From Parcubacteria group bacterium (GTDB taxonomy: Bacteria > Patescibacteriota > Minisyncoccia > Phycocordibacterales > CALRHW01), in the NCBI GenBank assembly GCA_039740835.1, contig JBCLGW010000003.1:1-44612 (forward strand): 44,612 bases of DNA, read 5' to 3'. Below the pieces are notes generated by a model. It saw nothing but the letters and a program-made list of their open reading frames with translations, did not search any database and was not told the origin of the DNA. Of the stretch, positions 36,082 to 44,612 are shown one piece after another. The number at the start of each line of letters is the position of its first letter. The first letter of the stretch is position 1. Both the position numbers and the translations under genes were made by a program.

Positions 36082-37632
36082 ATGCTATCAGAATCAATGG
36101 GCAAGCTCAGCAAAACGCTAGTAGACCTGCACACCAAACAGCCCACTTTCGTAAACAACAAACAAGTTTTTGAGGTAAACAAACTCATCAGCAAAGCTGC
36201 CACTTTTTATGAAAAAGTGCGATATCTCGTAGATTATCAAGAAGAGCACACTATCCGTCGCAACGCTATTGAGCGTATTTTGAAGCGAAAAGTAATAATA
36301 GAGGGTGGTGAAGTGTCTGGTCTTGCCCTACTCCAAGAGCTAGCCAGTGGACAATATATAGAAGAAGCGCAAGTCACAGAAGAGCTCGGACTTGAAATAG
36401 ACAAGGTGCTTGGAAAATATTCAAAACTGCAGAGTTTTAAAGAAATTGCAAACGCGACAAGAAAAACTCTCATAAGCTTTACCGCAACAGAAATAGACCA
36501 TCTACTCAGTCATTTGCATTACGCAAAAGACCAAGCTATCGTCGATGCTTTTTATGACATGACGCGCAAAAATATCATTTTGCCCGGAATGCATGAAAAA
36601 GAGGCGGACTTACAGCTATACTGCGCATGTCATCGCGCACTTTTTCGTGCTGATGAAGAGGCACTTTCTTATGCTCTTTGGTTAAAATATGTGCCTGCAT
36701 GGAAAAATATTAGAGAAGAAGAAATGCCTGTTGTGGCAGAACATCTACAAACTGTCTTGCATGGTATAGAAATAACTCACAAAAATTCTATCCAGTGGCG
36801 ACTTGTACAAAAACTCAAAAATGAAACTGTCTACTTTTTGATTGTTCGCGAGCTCGTACAGCAAAATGGCGCGGACTCTGGACATATTTTAGAAAATCCG
36901 GGCGAGCTAGAAATTTATACAAAGAGTTTGCTTGAAAAAAAGTATACGAAAGAAAATCAGCGCATCAGATCTAGCGGAGTGCGCGCTGTTATTTATCTTT
37001 TCTTTACAAAAATAATTTTTGCTCTCGCGCTTGAAGTTCCGTATGAAATAATCTACATTGGAAGCATTAATTATTTCCCACTGACAGTAAACATTCTTTT
37101 TCATCCCCTACTCCTACTCATCGCAACGCGTGGCGTCGGCTCTTTTGATGAAAAAAATACAAAAGCGGTCGTCACTGGAATGCAGGAAATGTTTTATCAT
37201 GGCAATTCTACGAAAATAAAAATACGAACAGCAAATACTGGTCTAACATACGTTTTTGGTGCAGTATACCTAGTGCTTATTGGCACAGTCTTTAGCGCCA
37301 TTATTGTCGGTCTACGAGCAATGCAGTTTAACATTGTCGGTGGCGCGATTTTCCTTTTCTTTTTGGCGCTAGTGAGCTACTTTGCTTTCCGTATTCGCTA
37401 CAATGCAAAACGATGGAAAGTGACACAACGAGAGACGGCTGTATCACTACTTGTGAGTATATTTACAATGCCAGTCATACGCACAGGGCGATGGCTTTCT
37501 CAGAGTTTCTCTACGATAAACGTCTTTGTGCTCATCATGGATTTTATTATCGAAACTCCATTTAAATTTATCCTCAATTTCTCAAACCAATTTATCTCGT
37601 ATCTAAAAGAAAAAACTCCTGAGGTTTATTAA
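36082..37632 (+). CDS. Hypothetical protein with large soluble N-domain and C-terminal TM helices
   Basis: 516-aa ORF; YEKVR..VDYQEEH..RR.AIERILKR motif; four or more TM segments after residue ~300; own extended -10. Confidence 0.8.
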   Translation: MLSESMGKLSKTLVDLHTKQPTFVNNKQVFEVNKLISKAATFYEKVRYLVDYQEEHTIRRNAIERILKRKVIIEGGEVSGLALLQELASGQYIEEAQVTEELGLEIDKVLGKYSKLQSFKEIANATRKTLISFTATEIDHLLSHLHYAKDQAIVDAFYDMTRKNIILPGMHEKEADLQLYCACHRALFRADEEALSYALWLKYVPAWKNIREEEMPVVAEHLQTVLHGIEITHKNSIQWRLVQKLKNETVYFLIVRELVQQNGADSGHILENPGELEIYTKSLLEKKYTKENQRIRSSGVRAVIYLFFTKIIFALALEVPYEIIYIGSINYFPLTVNILFHPLLLLIATRGVGSFDEKNTKAVVTGMQEMFYHGNSTKIKIRTANTGLTYVFGAVYLVLIGTVFSAIIVGLRAMQFNIVGGAIFLFFLALVSYFAFRIRYNAKRWKVTQRETAVSLLVSIFTMPVIRTGRWLSQSFSTINVFVLIMDFIIETPFKFILNFSNQFISYLKEKTPEVY

Positions 37633-37640
37633 AAAAAATA

Positions 37641-39314
37641 TTAAGTCTTTTTTCTAGAATTTGCTGATTTTACAAACTCCGTGAAAAGTGGGTGCGGGTC
37701 AAGTGGTCGTGCCTGAAACTCTGGATGAAACTGTACGCCCACGAAAAACGGATGCGCACTGCGAGGAAGCTCTATGATTTCCATGAGCTGGCGACTTGGA
37801 GAAACACCTGAAAATACTAGACCTGCGTCTGAAAGTTTTTTTACATATTCAGGATTTATTTCGTAGCGATGCCTATGACGCTCGGAGATTTTTTCACGGC
37901 CATACGCTTCCCGAGCGATAGTACCCTTTTGCAGTACCGCCGGATATGCACCGAGGCGCATCGTACCACCATAGTTTTTAGATTCAAGATTGCGTTCTTG
38001 CTCTGGCATAATATAAATAACAGGATGAGGAGTTTTGGCGCTAACCTCGGTAGTGTGAGCGTTTTCTAGGCCAGCTACGTGTCTTGCGTATTCTATCACT
38101 GCAAGTTGCATACCATAACAAATACCAAAAAACGGAATTTTATTTTTGCGCGCGTATTCTATAACGCTGATTTTCCCTTCTACCCCAGTAGCACCAAAAC
38201 CTCCAGGAACCAAAATACCGTCGTATTTTTTTAGAGAACTAAGTTTCTTTTTACCAGTTTCAAAATCTTTTGCGCTAATATAATGCAGTACTGGCTTTAC
38301 ACCCAAAATATATGCAGAAAATTTTATCGCTTGAATAATAGAGAGATAAGCGTCAGACAAAGAAAATTCCCCAGAATCAAAGTACTTTCCAACAATCCCG
38401 ATATGCACTTTGCCGTTGCCATTTTTTACATTTGCAACAAATTTTTTCCACTCTGTCAGATCGGCAACTTTCTTTTTCGGCACAAGAGAAAGAGTTTTGC
38501 ATAAAATGTCGCTCAACTTGTCGCGTTCAAAATTTATCGGCACGTCATAGATACTATCTACGTCTGGCGCGGAAATAATATTTTCTGGACGCAGGTTGCA
38601 GAAAAGCGCTATTTTGTCTTTGCGTTTTTGGTCTAAAGAAACTTCACTGCGTGCGATAATAATATCTGCTTGGACACCGACACTATTTAAAGTACGCGAA
38701 GCGTATTGCGTGGGTTTTGTTTTCATTTCCCCTATTTTCGAAGGCATCGGCAAATACGACACCATCACCACCGCCACATCATCACGATTTTTAAACTTCA
38801 TCATACGCGCTGCCTCCAAAAAAAGTACATTTTGATATTCACCTATCGTGCCTCCGATTTCAATAACAGTCACATCAGCATCTGCGTTTTCGGCGGCGAC
38901 TTCTATGCGTCGTATCACCTCAAAAGGCACATCTGGCACTACCTCTACCGTCTTGCCTTTGTATTCCAAATTACGCTCTTTGCGTATTACTTCCTGATAT
39001 ACACGGCCCGTCGTCATGTAGTTTATACGAGTGAGATTGATACCGAGGAAACGCTCATAGTTACCCATATCTTGGTCTGTCTCATCACCGTCGTTTAGCA
39101 CAAAAACTTCGCCGTGTTCTGTAGGATTCATCGTGCCTGCATCTATGTTTATATACGGGTCAATCTTTAAAGCGGTCACAACAAAACCACGTGCTTTTAA
39201 AATAAGGGCAATAGAAGATGCGGCAACACCTTTTCCTACACCAGACATAACACCTCCAGTGACGAAGATATATTTTCTGACTTTCGGCGTGTTCTGTTTT
39301 TTCTGTGTATTCAT
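37641..39314 (-). CDS. pyrG: CTP synthase
   Basis: KYIFVTGGV.SG.GKG, KIDPY, HGEVFV, KTKPTQ, GICYGMQ, ERHRHRYE, QFHPE. ATG at 39314. Confidence 0.97.
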   Translation of the reverse strand: MNTQKKQNTPKVRKYIFVTGGVMSGVGKGVAASSIALILKARGFVVTALKIDPYINIDAGTMNPTEHGEVFVLNDGDETDQDMGNYERFLGINLTRINYMTTGRVYQEVIRKERNLEYKGKTVEVVPDVPFEVIRRIEVAAENADADVTVIEIGGTIGEYQNVLFLEAARMMKFKNRDDVAVVMVSYLPMPSKIGEMKTKPTQYASRTLNSVGVQADIIIARSEVSLDQKRKDKIALFCNLRPENIISAPDVDSIYDVPINFERDKLSDILCKTLSLVPKKKVADLTEWKKFVANVKNGNGKVHIGIVGKYFDSGEFSLSDAYLSIIQAIKFSAYILGVKPVLHYISAKDFETGKKKLSSLKKYDGILVPGGFGATGVEGKISVIEYARKNKIPFFGICYGMQLAVIEYARHVAGLENAHTTEVSAKTPHPVIYIMPEQERNLESKNYGGTMRLGAYPAVLQKGTIAREAYGREKISERHRHRYEINPEYVKKLSDAGLVFSGVSPSRQLMEIIELPRSAHPFFVGVQFHPEFQARPLDPHPLFTEFVKSANSRKKT

Positions 39315-39326
39315 GGTCAAAAAAAT

Positions 39327-40253
39327 TTACATTTTGAGATATCGCCGTACTGCCAAGTAGCTAGATACAGCGCCGATACAAATACCTGAGCCAACAATAA
39401 TTATGAAAATCTGTGGGAAATTTGAAATGTAATAATCAAACATGTTGAAGGTGATAAAAAAGTTGGCGGTCGTTTTACCAAACCAAAGAGAAATCGGATA
39501 GAAAATGATAAGCGTCAAAATACCGGCGATAGCCCCATACATAATACCTGATATGATAAATGGCCCACGGATATAAAAAGAACTCGCACCCACCAAACGC
39601 ATCACCGATATTTCTTCTTTTGAAATAAATATTACGAGACGGATGGTGTTGAATGTGATGAGAATAGAGATAAGTGCCAAAACTAGTGTGAAAGTAAACC
39701 CGAGCTTGTCTGCCGTTGCAATAATTTTACTGAGCTTTTCTATTGCGTCTTTGTTTTTTGCGTAATTTATTTCAGCAACAATAGTCTTGCCGTTGTTTGA
39801 AAGAATGTTTTTGCCATGCAAAAATGTAGCAATGCCCTCATATTGCTGTGGCTCTTTTGCTTTTATGTTTAATTTTGCGCCGAGAGGATTGTCTGGAAGC
39901 TCGTTTAATGCCTGCAAAATAAACTCATCATTTTTATGACGCTGTCTAAAATCAGTGAGCTCTTGTTCTCTTGAAACATATGATACGAGCTCTACTTCTG
40001 GAAGCTTTTCTAGAGAGCTTTTTAATGCCAAAATATCCGCTTCAGGTGCAGAGGTTACAAAATACACATTTACATCAACCTTGTTTTTTATTTCCTGTAA
40101 AACCGCAGAAAGAATAGCTCCAGAAAATATCACCGAGCCGATTACAAAAAGTGTGACGACCATCACAAGAACAGAAGAAAGCGACACAAAGCCGTTGCGG
40201 AAAAATCCGAAAAATCCTGACCTCATTATTCTTTTTACATTTATCCAAAGCAT
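39327..40253 (-). CDS. ftsX: Cell division permease-like protein FtsX
   Basis: Follows ftsE; NTIRL.I...KEEI.VMRLVGA..FYIRGPF; TM1, periplasmic loop and three TM segments. Confidence 0.92.
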   Translation of the reverse strand: MLWINVKRIMRSGFFGFFRNGFVSLSSVLVMVVTLFVIGSVIFSGAILSAVLQEIKNKVDVNVYFVTSAPEADILALKSSLEKLPEVELVSYVSREQELTDFRQRHKNDEFILQALNELPDNPLGAKLNIKAKEPQQYEGIATFLHGKNILSNNGKTIVAEINYAKNKDAIEKLSKIIATADKLGFTFTLVLALISILITFNTIRLVIFISKEEISVMRLVGASSFYIRGPFIISGIMYGAIAGILTLIIFYPISLWFGKTTANFFITFNMFDYYISNFPQIFIIIVGSGICIGAVSSYLAVRRYLKM

Positions 40254-40263
40254 ATTTATTTTA

Positions 40264-40944
40264 TTATATTACATATTTACTGTTTTTCTCATCTCTCACA
40301 ATGCGACCGTTTTCCAAAGTTATCACTCTTCCGTTTAAAGAGTCAATGACTTCTTTATTGTGAGTCGCAAGTATCACAGTCGTGCCGAGGGCATTTATTT
40401 TTTTCAAAATCTGCACGATTTCATGAGTATTTAAATGGTCGAGATTTCCTGTCGGCTCGTCGGCAATGATAATATCTGGCTGATTTACAATAGCGCGTGC
40501 AATAGCCACTCGCTGTTTTTCTCCTCCAGAAAGCTCGTGTGGAAAACTCCAAATCTTGTGGTGCAAATCTACGAGGTTGAGCACGTGTGGCACATCGGCG
40601 TGTATCTCCTCGTCTGTGCGACCCGAAGCCTCCATCGCAAAAGCAATATTTTCAAAAACAGTTTTACCGGCTAGTAGGCGAAAATCTTGAAAAATCACGC
40701 CGACTCTGCGACGAAACTTATTTATATCTTTTGCTCGCAAGGAGTGAATATCTACTGACTCAATAAATACTTGTCCAGATGTCGGAGTATCTTCGGCGAG
40801 AAGCATTTTTAAAAGAGTACTTTTGCCAGCACCAGACTGCCCGATTATAGCAACAAATTCTTGGGGTTCGATAGAAAAAGTAACGTCTTCAAGGGCGACC
40901 GAATCATCTGCGTATATCTTTGAGACTTTATCAAAATAAATCAT
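40264..40944 (-). CDS. ftsE: Cell division ATP-binding protein FtsE
   Basis: GQSGAGKST, IFQDFRLL, LSGGEKQR, ADEPTGNLD, ATH. Confidence 0.94.
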   Translation of the reverse strand: MIYFDKVSKIYADDSVALEDVTFSIEPQEFVAIIGQSGAGKSTLLKMLLAEDTPTSGQVFIESVDIHSLRAKDINKFRRRVGVIFQDFRLLAGKTVFENIAFAMEASGRTDEEIHADVPHVLNLVDLHHKIWSFPHELSGGEKQRVAIARAIVNQPDIIIADEPTGNLDHLNTHEIVQILKKINALGTTVILATHNKEVIDSLNGRVITLENGRIVRDEKNSKYVI

Positions 40945-40963
40945 ATGTTTTCAATTTGTAACA

Positions 40964-41839
40964 TTATAGCATTTTTTCAGCTTCGATAAACTCGTCAATA
41001 TCTCCCCCGAGGACTTTTTCAATATCGCGGACTTCTACGTCTGTGCGATGGTCTTTTACCATTTGGTATGGGTGCATCACATACGAACGAATCTGATTTC
41101 CCCACTCTATCTGGGTTGTTTTGCTCACATAAAGACCGCGTTCTTTGCTTTGGCGTTCTTCTTCGAGTTTTTTATAAAGTTTTCCCCTTAGCACTTGCAA
41201 AGCTTGCTCGCGATTTTGAGCTTGAGAACGCTCTGAGCTGGCATGCGCAGCAAGGCCTGTCGGAATATGCACCACGCGCACCGCCGTCTCACGCTTGTTT
41301 ACATTTTGCCCACCTGGTCCGCTTGATCTAGAAAACTCAAATCGCAAATCTTCGTCTGGAATTTCCAAATCATGCACTTTTTCAAACTTTGGTATCACTT
41401 CAACCATTGAAAAAGATGTGTGGCGAAGTTGTTTTGAACTAAATGGAGAAATGCGCACAAGTCGATGTACGCCGGATTCATTTTTGAGTGTGCCGTATGC
41501 GTTTGCGCCAACTATTTCTATCGTAATATTTCTATACCCACCGTGGTCGTTTTCGTGTTTATGAATTATGAAAAAATTCCAACCTTTTTTCTCAATAAAC
41601 TTTATATACATCTCAAGCAAGATGTGTGAAAAATCTTCGGCGTCATCTCCACCCGCACCAGAAAAAATTGTCATTATGGCGTTGCCTCTGTCGTACTTTC
41701 CCACGCCCGCAAGCTCGTCTTTTAGTGTTTGAAGTTCTTTTATTTTTGTCTGCGCCCCGTCTTTGTTATTCCAAAAATCAGACCGCGCCATATCCGCTTC
41801 AATATCTGTAATTTTTTGAGAAATTTCCTCTTTTGTCAT
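40964..41839 (-). CDS. prfB: Peptide chain release factor 2 with reduced domain 1
   Basis: SPF anticodon mimic (LVRISPF), GGQ, GAGG, WGNQIRSY; only 291 aa. Confidence 0.93.
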   Translation of the reverse strand: MTKEEISQKITDIEADMARSDFWNNKDGAQTKIKELQTLKDELAGVGKYDRGNAIMTIFSGAGGDDAEDFSHILLEMYIKFIEKKGWNFFIIHKHENDHGGYRNITIEIVGANAYGTLKNESGVHRLVRISPFSSKQLRHTSFSMVEVIPKFEKVHDLEIPDEDLRFEFSRSSGPGGQNVNKRETAVRVVHIPTGLAAHASSERSQAQNREQALQVLRGKLYKKLEEERQSKERGLYVSKTTQIEWGNQIRSYVMHPYQMVKDHRTDVEVRDIEKVLGGDIDEFIEAEKML

Positions 41840-41870
41840 ACTGTAAGACTAACAAATTACCCCTAAATTG

Positions 41871-42165
41871 GAAGGAGCCGAGTGTATGTCTATTACACTC
41901 GGCTCCCCTTTGATCTCAGCGCATGAAGCACCATGAAGCACATTTTTTTTCCCAAAATTGGAAAGTGGACAAAAGATCTTTGATGACCCTTGAACGTGCG
42001 CCGCGAATGGCTGAAACCAAAGTTTTGTTGGCAAGATGGTCGCTGTAATCTAAAGCGGGAGAATGTCCCCTAAGGAAAGATAGCACCGAAGCACCACTTT
42101 TTTTAGTTTTGAGACCTCACCGTCTATGGACCTATCGCAATCATCATCCAACGTCACTGCTTCTA
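41871..42165 (-). ncRNA. Candidate uncharacterised structured RNA (~295 nt)
   Basis: Promoter-like TTGCGC-N16-TAGTAT (42199-42172); several predicted stems; ends in a perfect 13-bp hairpin (41874-41906). No family recognised; strand inferred. Confidence 0.4.
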
Positions 42166-42244
42166 TATTAAATACTATACCTATAAATATAAAGCGCAAT
42201 AGTGGTCAGGTGCGGTCTGTGGATTAGATTTGCACCCCAAAAAC

Positions 42245-42711
42245 TTATCTCAACACACCTCCCCACTCTACTACTGTAAACCCATTACGCTCGGTTGGAG
42301 TTATATCAAGCGGTTTAACTGATATTGATTCTGTGAGTGGCTTGTAATCCATTAGAACACGGATAATCGTATCCGGTTGTGGATAAATAAACATTGGTGC
42401 TGAGCGGTCAATTTCAGACCTTGAAATGAATGTAATAAAATAATAAGGAGCGCGAGATAGCATTGGAACCCAAAATTCCAAGAAGTCATCACGCTCTTGC
42501 TTATTCAAACCAAACAGAGAAAGTTTTGCATCCAATACCGAGTGAATATAGTTTTTTGCGACATCCACCACACACCGCCCGCTACAACTAAAAGCGCGAC
42601 AACTCCTAACCCAACAAGGGTTGGCGTAGTTTTAGTGCCTTGTTGCGGTTGCACAGGAGTCGGAGGAATCAGCTGACCCATTATTGGTTGTTTAGGTTGG
42701 GTTGGTTCCAT
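42245..42711 (-). pseudogene. Internally deleted, frame-broken membrane-anchored protein of the family ending in VVEWGG
   Basis: ORF from 42711 gives a Pro/Gln-rich N-terminus plus TM; near 42570 homology-like sequence continues in another frame (GLN..E..DF..FW.P, P.PDT.IRV.M, R.GFTVVEWGG). The middle of the protein appears to be missing. Confidence 0.65.
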
Positions 42712-44510
42712 AATGTAAATTCTTGTTTCTTTATTATATCAGAAGTGATAATGCTAGATAAATACTTGTCAACAAGTGCAGATATAACCCTGTCTCGATC
42801 AAGCGGTTCGGCAATTTTTACTTCACCACGCTTTATAGACACAGGCACGAGAGTAAATCGTATTTTCTCATCACTCCATTCTGCATGGACGGTTAAACCG
42901 TGTTCCGTTGCAAACGAAAAATCTTGATCAAAAATAAAATTGCCGAGGGAATAAAAAATTGCTTTATTTTTGTATATTTCAATCGGCTGTACAACATGAG
43001 GATGTGCACCGATAACCAAATCTGCTCCCGCATCAATAAATTTATGCGCGAGCATTTTTTGCCTCTCGCTTGGCGTTGGTAAATACTCAATTCCCCAGTG
43101 TGCAAATAACACAACACGTGAACATGATGCTCTGATATTTCTAATTTCTTCGAGTGTAGGTGTCGGGTCAGGAGTAAATAAATCGTGATAACCGACAAGG
43201 CAAATTGTTTTGCCTTGCACGAATAATCGCCCTGAAACATTGTCGTTATTCTGAGGAGAACCGAAAGCAATAATGCCTGCACTATGAAGATTATTTTTTG
43301 TTTGCTCATATCCGTCTTTTCCGAAATCAAATGCATGGTTATTCGCTAAAGAAAGAGCGGTGAAATTTAATTTTCCAAGCAATCCAGCGAACATCGGATC
43401 AAATGTGAACCGGAGGATCGATGTATCTTTTTCGGAAACCGATGGCTTGTTGGTTATCGTTCCCTCAAGGTTTCCAATCACTGCGTTTGTTCCAAGAAAT
43501 AATCTTTCCACTTTTGCAAACAAAGAATTAGTGCCGTATTTTCTTGCGTATTTTGCAATTCCTCTATCAAGCATTATGTCTCCAACAAAAAGCAAACTAG
43601 CATCGCCACTAATTTTTTCTGAATCCCCTTGCTTAAAATAACCACTGATGTATCCTGTCGTTTCCATCAAATCTTGATTGCCAACAATGTCTGCAGAATT
43701 TATTCCGCCAGTTTGAACAAATATTTTTTCTCCCACACTTTCCGCTACCTTCAAAACTGTTCGGAGTGTTGGGACTGTATCAATATCAAGACGAGGTAAT
43801 ATCTCATAATCAAATTCTTTTATTGCCTGAATAGCCAATCTGTCATGCGCATCAGCAATATATTTTGGCAAGTAATGAGACATATCAATAGTGCCAACGA
43901 TGGCAGTTTGTGAAAGATCGAGTTTTGAAAGTTCGCTAGCAAGCGCGTCAATCATTTTATTTGGTGCATTATCATGAATGACTAAAGAAATAATGGTGGC
44001 GTTTGGAAATGAGTTCGCGACATACGGTACGATTCCAGTTATGCCGTGTTCTTTGGAAAAAATTCCCTCTTCTTCAACTACTAAACCTTTCTCAATGAGT
44101 AAATTCGCAAGCTCGTTTGCGGGCTGTATCGTACCAAGAGGAGTTTTCCATCCATAGCGAGAAGTGATAATCGGTGAGCGTCCAGCGTTCCAATTATTTT
44201 GTGTTATGAGTACAACCGTCTTTACTTTTGGATCGGCAGAAAGTGCGAATTGTCTGGCAATAATGTGTGCCGCCAAAATATGCTGATTGACGATAAAAAT
44301 ACGGGGTGCAGGAGAAAGTGGTTTGGTGTTTTCAAAAGATTTTACTGATTGGGTGAAAAAATCAGAATTGTCATAATAATACATCGAGCTATGGAAATTC
44401 TTGTTTTCGGGAATAATTTTTTCACTTTCTGGTTGGCGAACATCAAACCACGTCAGAGACAGAAAGAGAGCCAGAATACAAAGTAAAATAATTGTGGCAA
44501 GTCGTCGCAT
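42681..44510 (-). CDS. MEMO1/AmmeMemoRadiSam-B-like domain fused to CapA (PGA_cap) metallophosphoesterase domain
   Basis: N-terminal signal/TM; EHGI....PY and DMSHY (MEMO1-like); GDIMLDR, NLEG, LANNH..D.G, HWG.EY, GAHPHV, YSLGNF (CapA). Confidence 0.85.
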   Translation of the reverse strand: MRRLATIILLCILALFLSLTWFDVRQPESEKIIPENKNFHSSMYYYDNSDFFTQSVKSFENTKPLSPAPRIFIVNQHILAAHIIARQFALSADPKVKTVVLITQNNWNAGRSPIITSRYGWKTPLGTIQPANELANLLIEKGLVVEEEGIFSKEHGITGIVPYVANSFPNATIISLVIHDNAPNKMIDALASELSKLDLSQTAIVGTIDMSHYLPKYIADAHDRLAIQAIKEFDYEILPRLDIDTVPTLRTVLKVAESVGEKIFVQTGGINSADIVGNQDLMETTGYISGYFKQGDSEKISGDASLLFVGDIMLDRGIAKYARKYGTNSLFAKVERLFLGTNAVIGNLEGTITNKPSVSEKDTSILRFTFDPMFAGLLGKLNFTALSLANNHAFDFGKDGYEQTKNNLHSAGIIAFGSPQNNDNVSGRLFVQGKTICLVGYHDLFTPDPTPTLEEIRNIRASCSRVVLFAHWGIEYLPTPSERQKMLAHKFIDAGADLVIGAHPHVVQPIEIYKNKAIFYSLGNFIFDQDFSFATEHGLTVHAEWSDEKIRFTLVPVSIKRGEVKIAEPLDRDRVISALVDKYLSSIITSDIIKKQEFTLWNQPNLNNQ

Positions 44511-44593
44511 ATTTCAATTTTAGCTCAAATTGATGTTAAAAGATATTTGGGACGGCATCTTTCGCTAAAATCCAAAACCTAAATCTCTAATTC

Positions 44594-44612
44594 TGGAGCC
44601 ATTGGCCGGGAT
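44594..44612 (-). tRNA. 3' end of a tRNA cut by the window edge (identity unresolved; possibly Thr)
   Basis: Minus strand ATC-CCGGC-CAATGGC-T-CCA fits T-loop end, T-stem, acceptor 3' strand, discriminator and CCA. Only 19 nt are visible. Confidence 0.6.

Noticed and set aside
41874-41910. GGGGAGCCG hairpin resembling group II intron domain V
   Set aside because: It is a perfect stem without the catalytic bulge or GNRA loop; no domain VI and no reverse transcriptase.
41849-42034. 61-aa TTG ORF whose TAG stop is in frame with the prfB ATG and is preceded by AGGGG, suggesting readthrough or a frameshift exon
   Set aside because: The peptide is not RF2-like, there is no CTT-TGA site, and the TAG is part of the prfB extended -10 (TGTTAGTCT). 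Being in frame has a one-in-three chance.
42055-42095. Plus-strand GCGGGAGA...CACCGAAG resembling a glycine riboswitch
   Set aside because: The GAAG is not followed by GAGC/AAG, the CTCTCAGG element is missing, and no plus-strand gene follows.
35129-44570. Shared 11-mer TTTCGCTAAAA near the 3' ends of tRNA-Gln and the edge tRNA
   Set aside because: Opposite orientation relative to the two tRNAs, short and AT-rich; compatible with chance.
1-44612. Alternative genetic code (UGA read as Gly, as in Gracilibacteria/Absconditabacteria)
   Set aside because: Long conserved genes are intact under code 11, RF2 is present, and TGA stops are followed directly by terminators (28228, 21439).

Overview
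Chromosomal segment of an AT-rich, gene-dense bacterium using the standard code (TGA acts as stop). Gene content and style (compact MetK, domain-1-reduced RF2, orphan OppA next to secG, MEMO1-CapA fusion, few Shine-Dalgarno sites) point to Patescibacteria/CPR, probably Parcubacteria; this is an inference. Housekeeping genes: gap (5' end), nrdAB, msrB, htpX-lemA, secG, rnj, gmk, metK with a SAM-I riboswitch, a Pif1/RecD-like helicase, pyrG, ftsEX and prfB. There are two complete tRNAs (Ser-GGA, Gln-CUG) and the 3' end of a third at the window edge, each with accessory genes on its 3' side: surface proteins plus an XRE remnant, a copper/thiol-redox cluster, and a MEMO1-CapA fusion plus a pseudogene. 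Most notable: (1) a stand-alone Mu Gam-like DNA-end-binding protein with a poly-Lys tail, divergent from the helicase, with an unexplained ~114-nt structured element between them; (2) an unassigned ~295-nt candidate RNA upstream of prfB; (3) a repeated -10 box placed 6-7 nt before ATG in nine genes, implying leaderless mRNAs, whereas a few stand-alone genes have strong SD leaders; (4) a class Ic (Mn/Fe-type) RNR beta subunit next to an orphan acyl desaturase. No CRISPR array, transposase, integrase or reverse transcriptase was recognised. All family calls come from motif recognition by eye; no searches were run.
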